DNA of 50,395 nucleotides, filler included, from Bipalium vagum (Eukaryota): the NCBI GenBank assembly GCA_037834085.1. It is 3 parts of 3 records of this genome, joined end to end, with 100 filler letters (N's around TTAATTAATTAA, not from the genome) between each part and the next. Parts side by side here need not be neighbours in the genome. Positions count along the whole stretch, not along the records: positions 34,314 to 50,395 come from JBBMKC010127916.1; 2 more parts are not named here. One strand, 5' to 3'. Under the pieces are notes generated by a model, which saw nothing but the letters and a program-made list of their open reading frames with translations, was not told the DNA's origin and did not search any database. This document shows, piece after piece, positions 49,028 through 50,395 of this stretch. The stretch's first letter is position 1; each line of letters opens with the position of its first letter. The translations under genes were made by a program, and so were the position numbers.

Positions 49028-50395
49028 TAAAATATTATTTTATTGTTTTAATTGTTTTACCTTAATTTAATTCAAAATTAAATCAAGAGTATCATACAGA
49101 AATTTACGAAGATATTAAGTCAAAATCATTTACATTAAAAATATTTTTATTTTAAATTTTATTTTTATATCCAAATTAATTTTTATTTTAATTTTACTAA
49201 TTTAATTTAATTTTTTTCATGTTTACATTAAAATGTCAGTAAAATAGAAATATGATTTTTGTTTGATGATAGATTATCATAAATAGAAAATGCATATAAC
49301 AAAAAAAAGATTATTATTGATTTAGAGTTGAGTGTAAAGGGTTTATCGATTTTTTATAATTTCTCTGTTAAAATTCCCAATTAGGCTCCTCAGCATCTTC
49401 GTTTGATTAAAACATAATGGAACGAATATGTCTAACATTTTCTAAGCAATGTGAAATGTCAGGGAACAGATCAGCCCCCCTGACTTTGGAATTGAACGCG
49501 GTGTAAAAGTTACAAATGGTTCGGTTTTGTCCAGGGTTTTCATTATTATCACTTTAATCATTAAATTGCAAAAAATTCCAATATTATTATCGATTGGTAT
49601 TTTATTTTCTTATTGTAAATATAAATAAAATAATTTTCGATAAACATATTTCTGTTGTTTTAATTCGCTCTGAATAATTTATTTGGAAAATAAAATTTAA
49701 TTTAAAAAAATATAAATATCACAAACTTAAGAAAATAAAAAAGTCGTTAAAATAGTAATAAAGTAATGGTTTTTATGACTCTGCTCATTTCATTAATTAT
49801 CAAATGGGAGATATCTTTAATAAATAAATATATTTATTTATATATATATATATGTATAATATTTTTGCAATGACTGTTCAAAATATTAATGACATTATAA
49901 AAAAACTTTGTGAAAATATTGATAGAAAACTGAAGAGACTGTCTTTTTTGAGCAATTTGAAAATGTAGCAGAAGAATGTGAAAAATATTAATCGAATATA
50001 CAATATAATTTTAAGAAAGTAATAAATTATTAAAAATATAAATAATTATTATTCGGGAGGATGGTTAAGTATTGCTGTTTTAGGTTTATATTAACGTTCG
50101 ATTTTGAAGGTGGTTTCAGAACATTTTGCTGATATAAAAATTAGTAATAAAAATAATTAGTAAAAGTAGTAATAATAACAAAGTTTCAGAAACCCCAGAA
50201 TGTCCTCCCTTATTAATTATTTTAAAAATTATTATCCTGCCTAAAAGTCGGTAATTAATACCCTGGAAAGGGTAAATGTAGCTTTTTAGCGGGTATAGTT
50301 GGAACAATTCTATCATTGTACAATACCCGCGGAAAGTTTAGGAACACCTATAGAAAACAATAAAATACTAAAAATAATCATTTTTATGCGATCAA

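Noticed and set aside
1-50395. tRNA/rRNA genes, prokaryotic operons or defence systems
   Set aside because: No cloverleaf- or rRNA-like GC-rich segments and no long uninterrupted ORFs; all recognisable genes are spliced metazoan genes.

Overview
This is very AT-rich eukaryotic DNA from an invertebrate animal with cilia (a flatworm-like organism is my inference, not proven). It is not prokaryotic and not one contiguous locus. Two 100-nt artificial spacers (44 N + TTAATTAATTAA + 44 N, at 17391-17490 and 34214-34313) join three separate scaffolds. Scaffold 1 (1-17390) holds two spliced genes in convergent orientation: WDR88 (+, 10 exons, about 382 aa) and PPP1R32/SAXO4 (-, 9 exons, about 449 aa), each with an RFX X-box-like motif near its start. 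Scaffold 2 (17491-34213) holds two phase-1 Ig-domain exons of a nephrin/sidestep-like IgSF gene (-). Scaffold 3 (34314-50395) holds two exons of an L-type Cav1 alpha-1 subunit gene (+). Most of the rest is decayed transposons: several Tc1/mariner clades, MITEs, Merlin, pogo and Ty3/Gypsy fragments. Protein identifications come from manual translation and recalled family sequences; no database search was run. I found no convincing new biological system. The best leads are the X-box-marked ciliary gene pair, a possible Arg-rich microexon gene between them, relaxed splice sites on 43-55 nt introns, and several unusual non-autonomous element structures.
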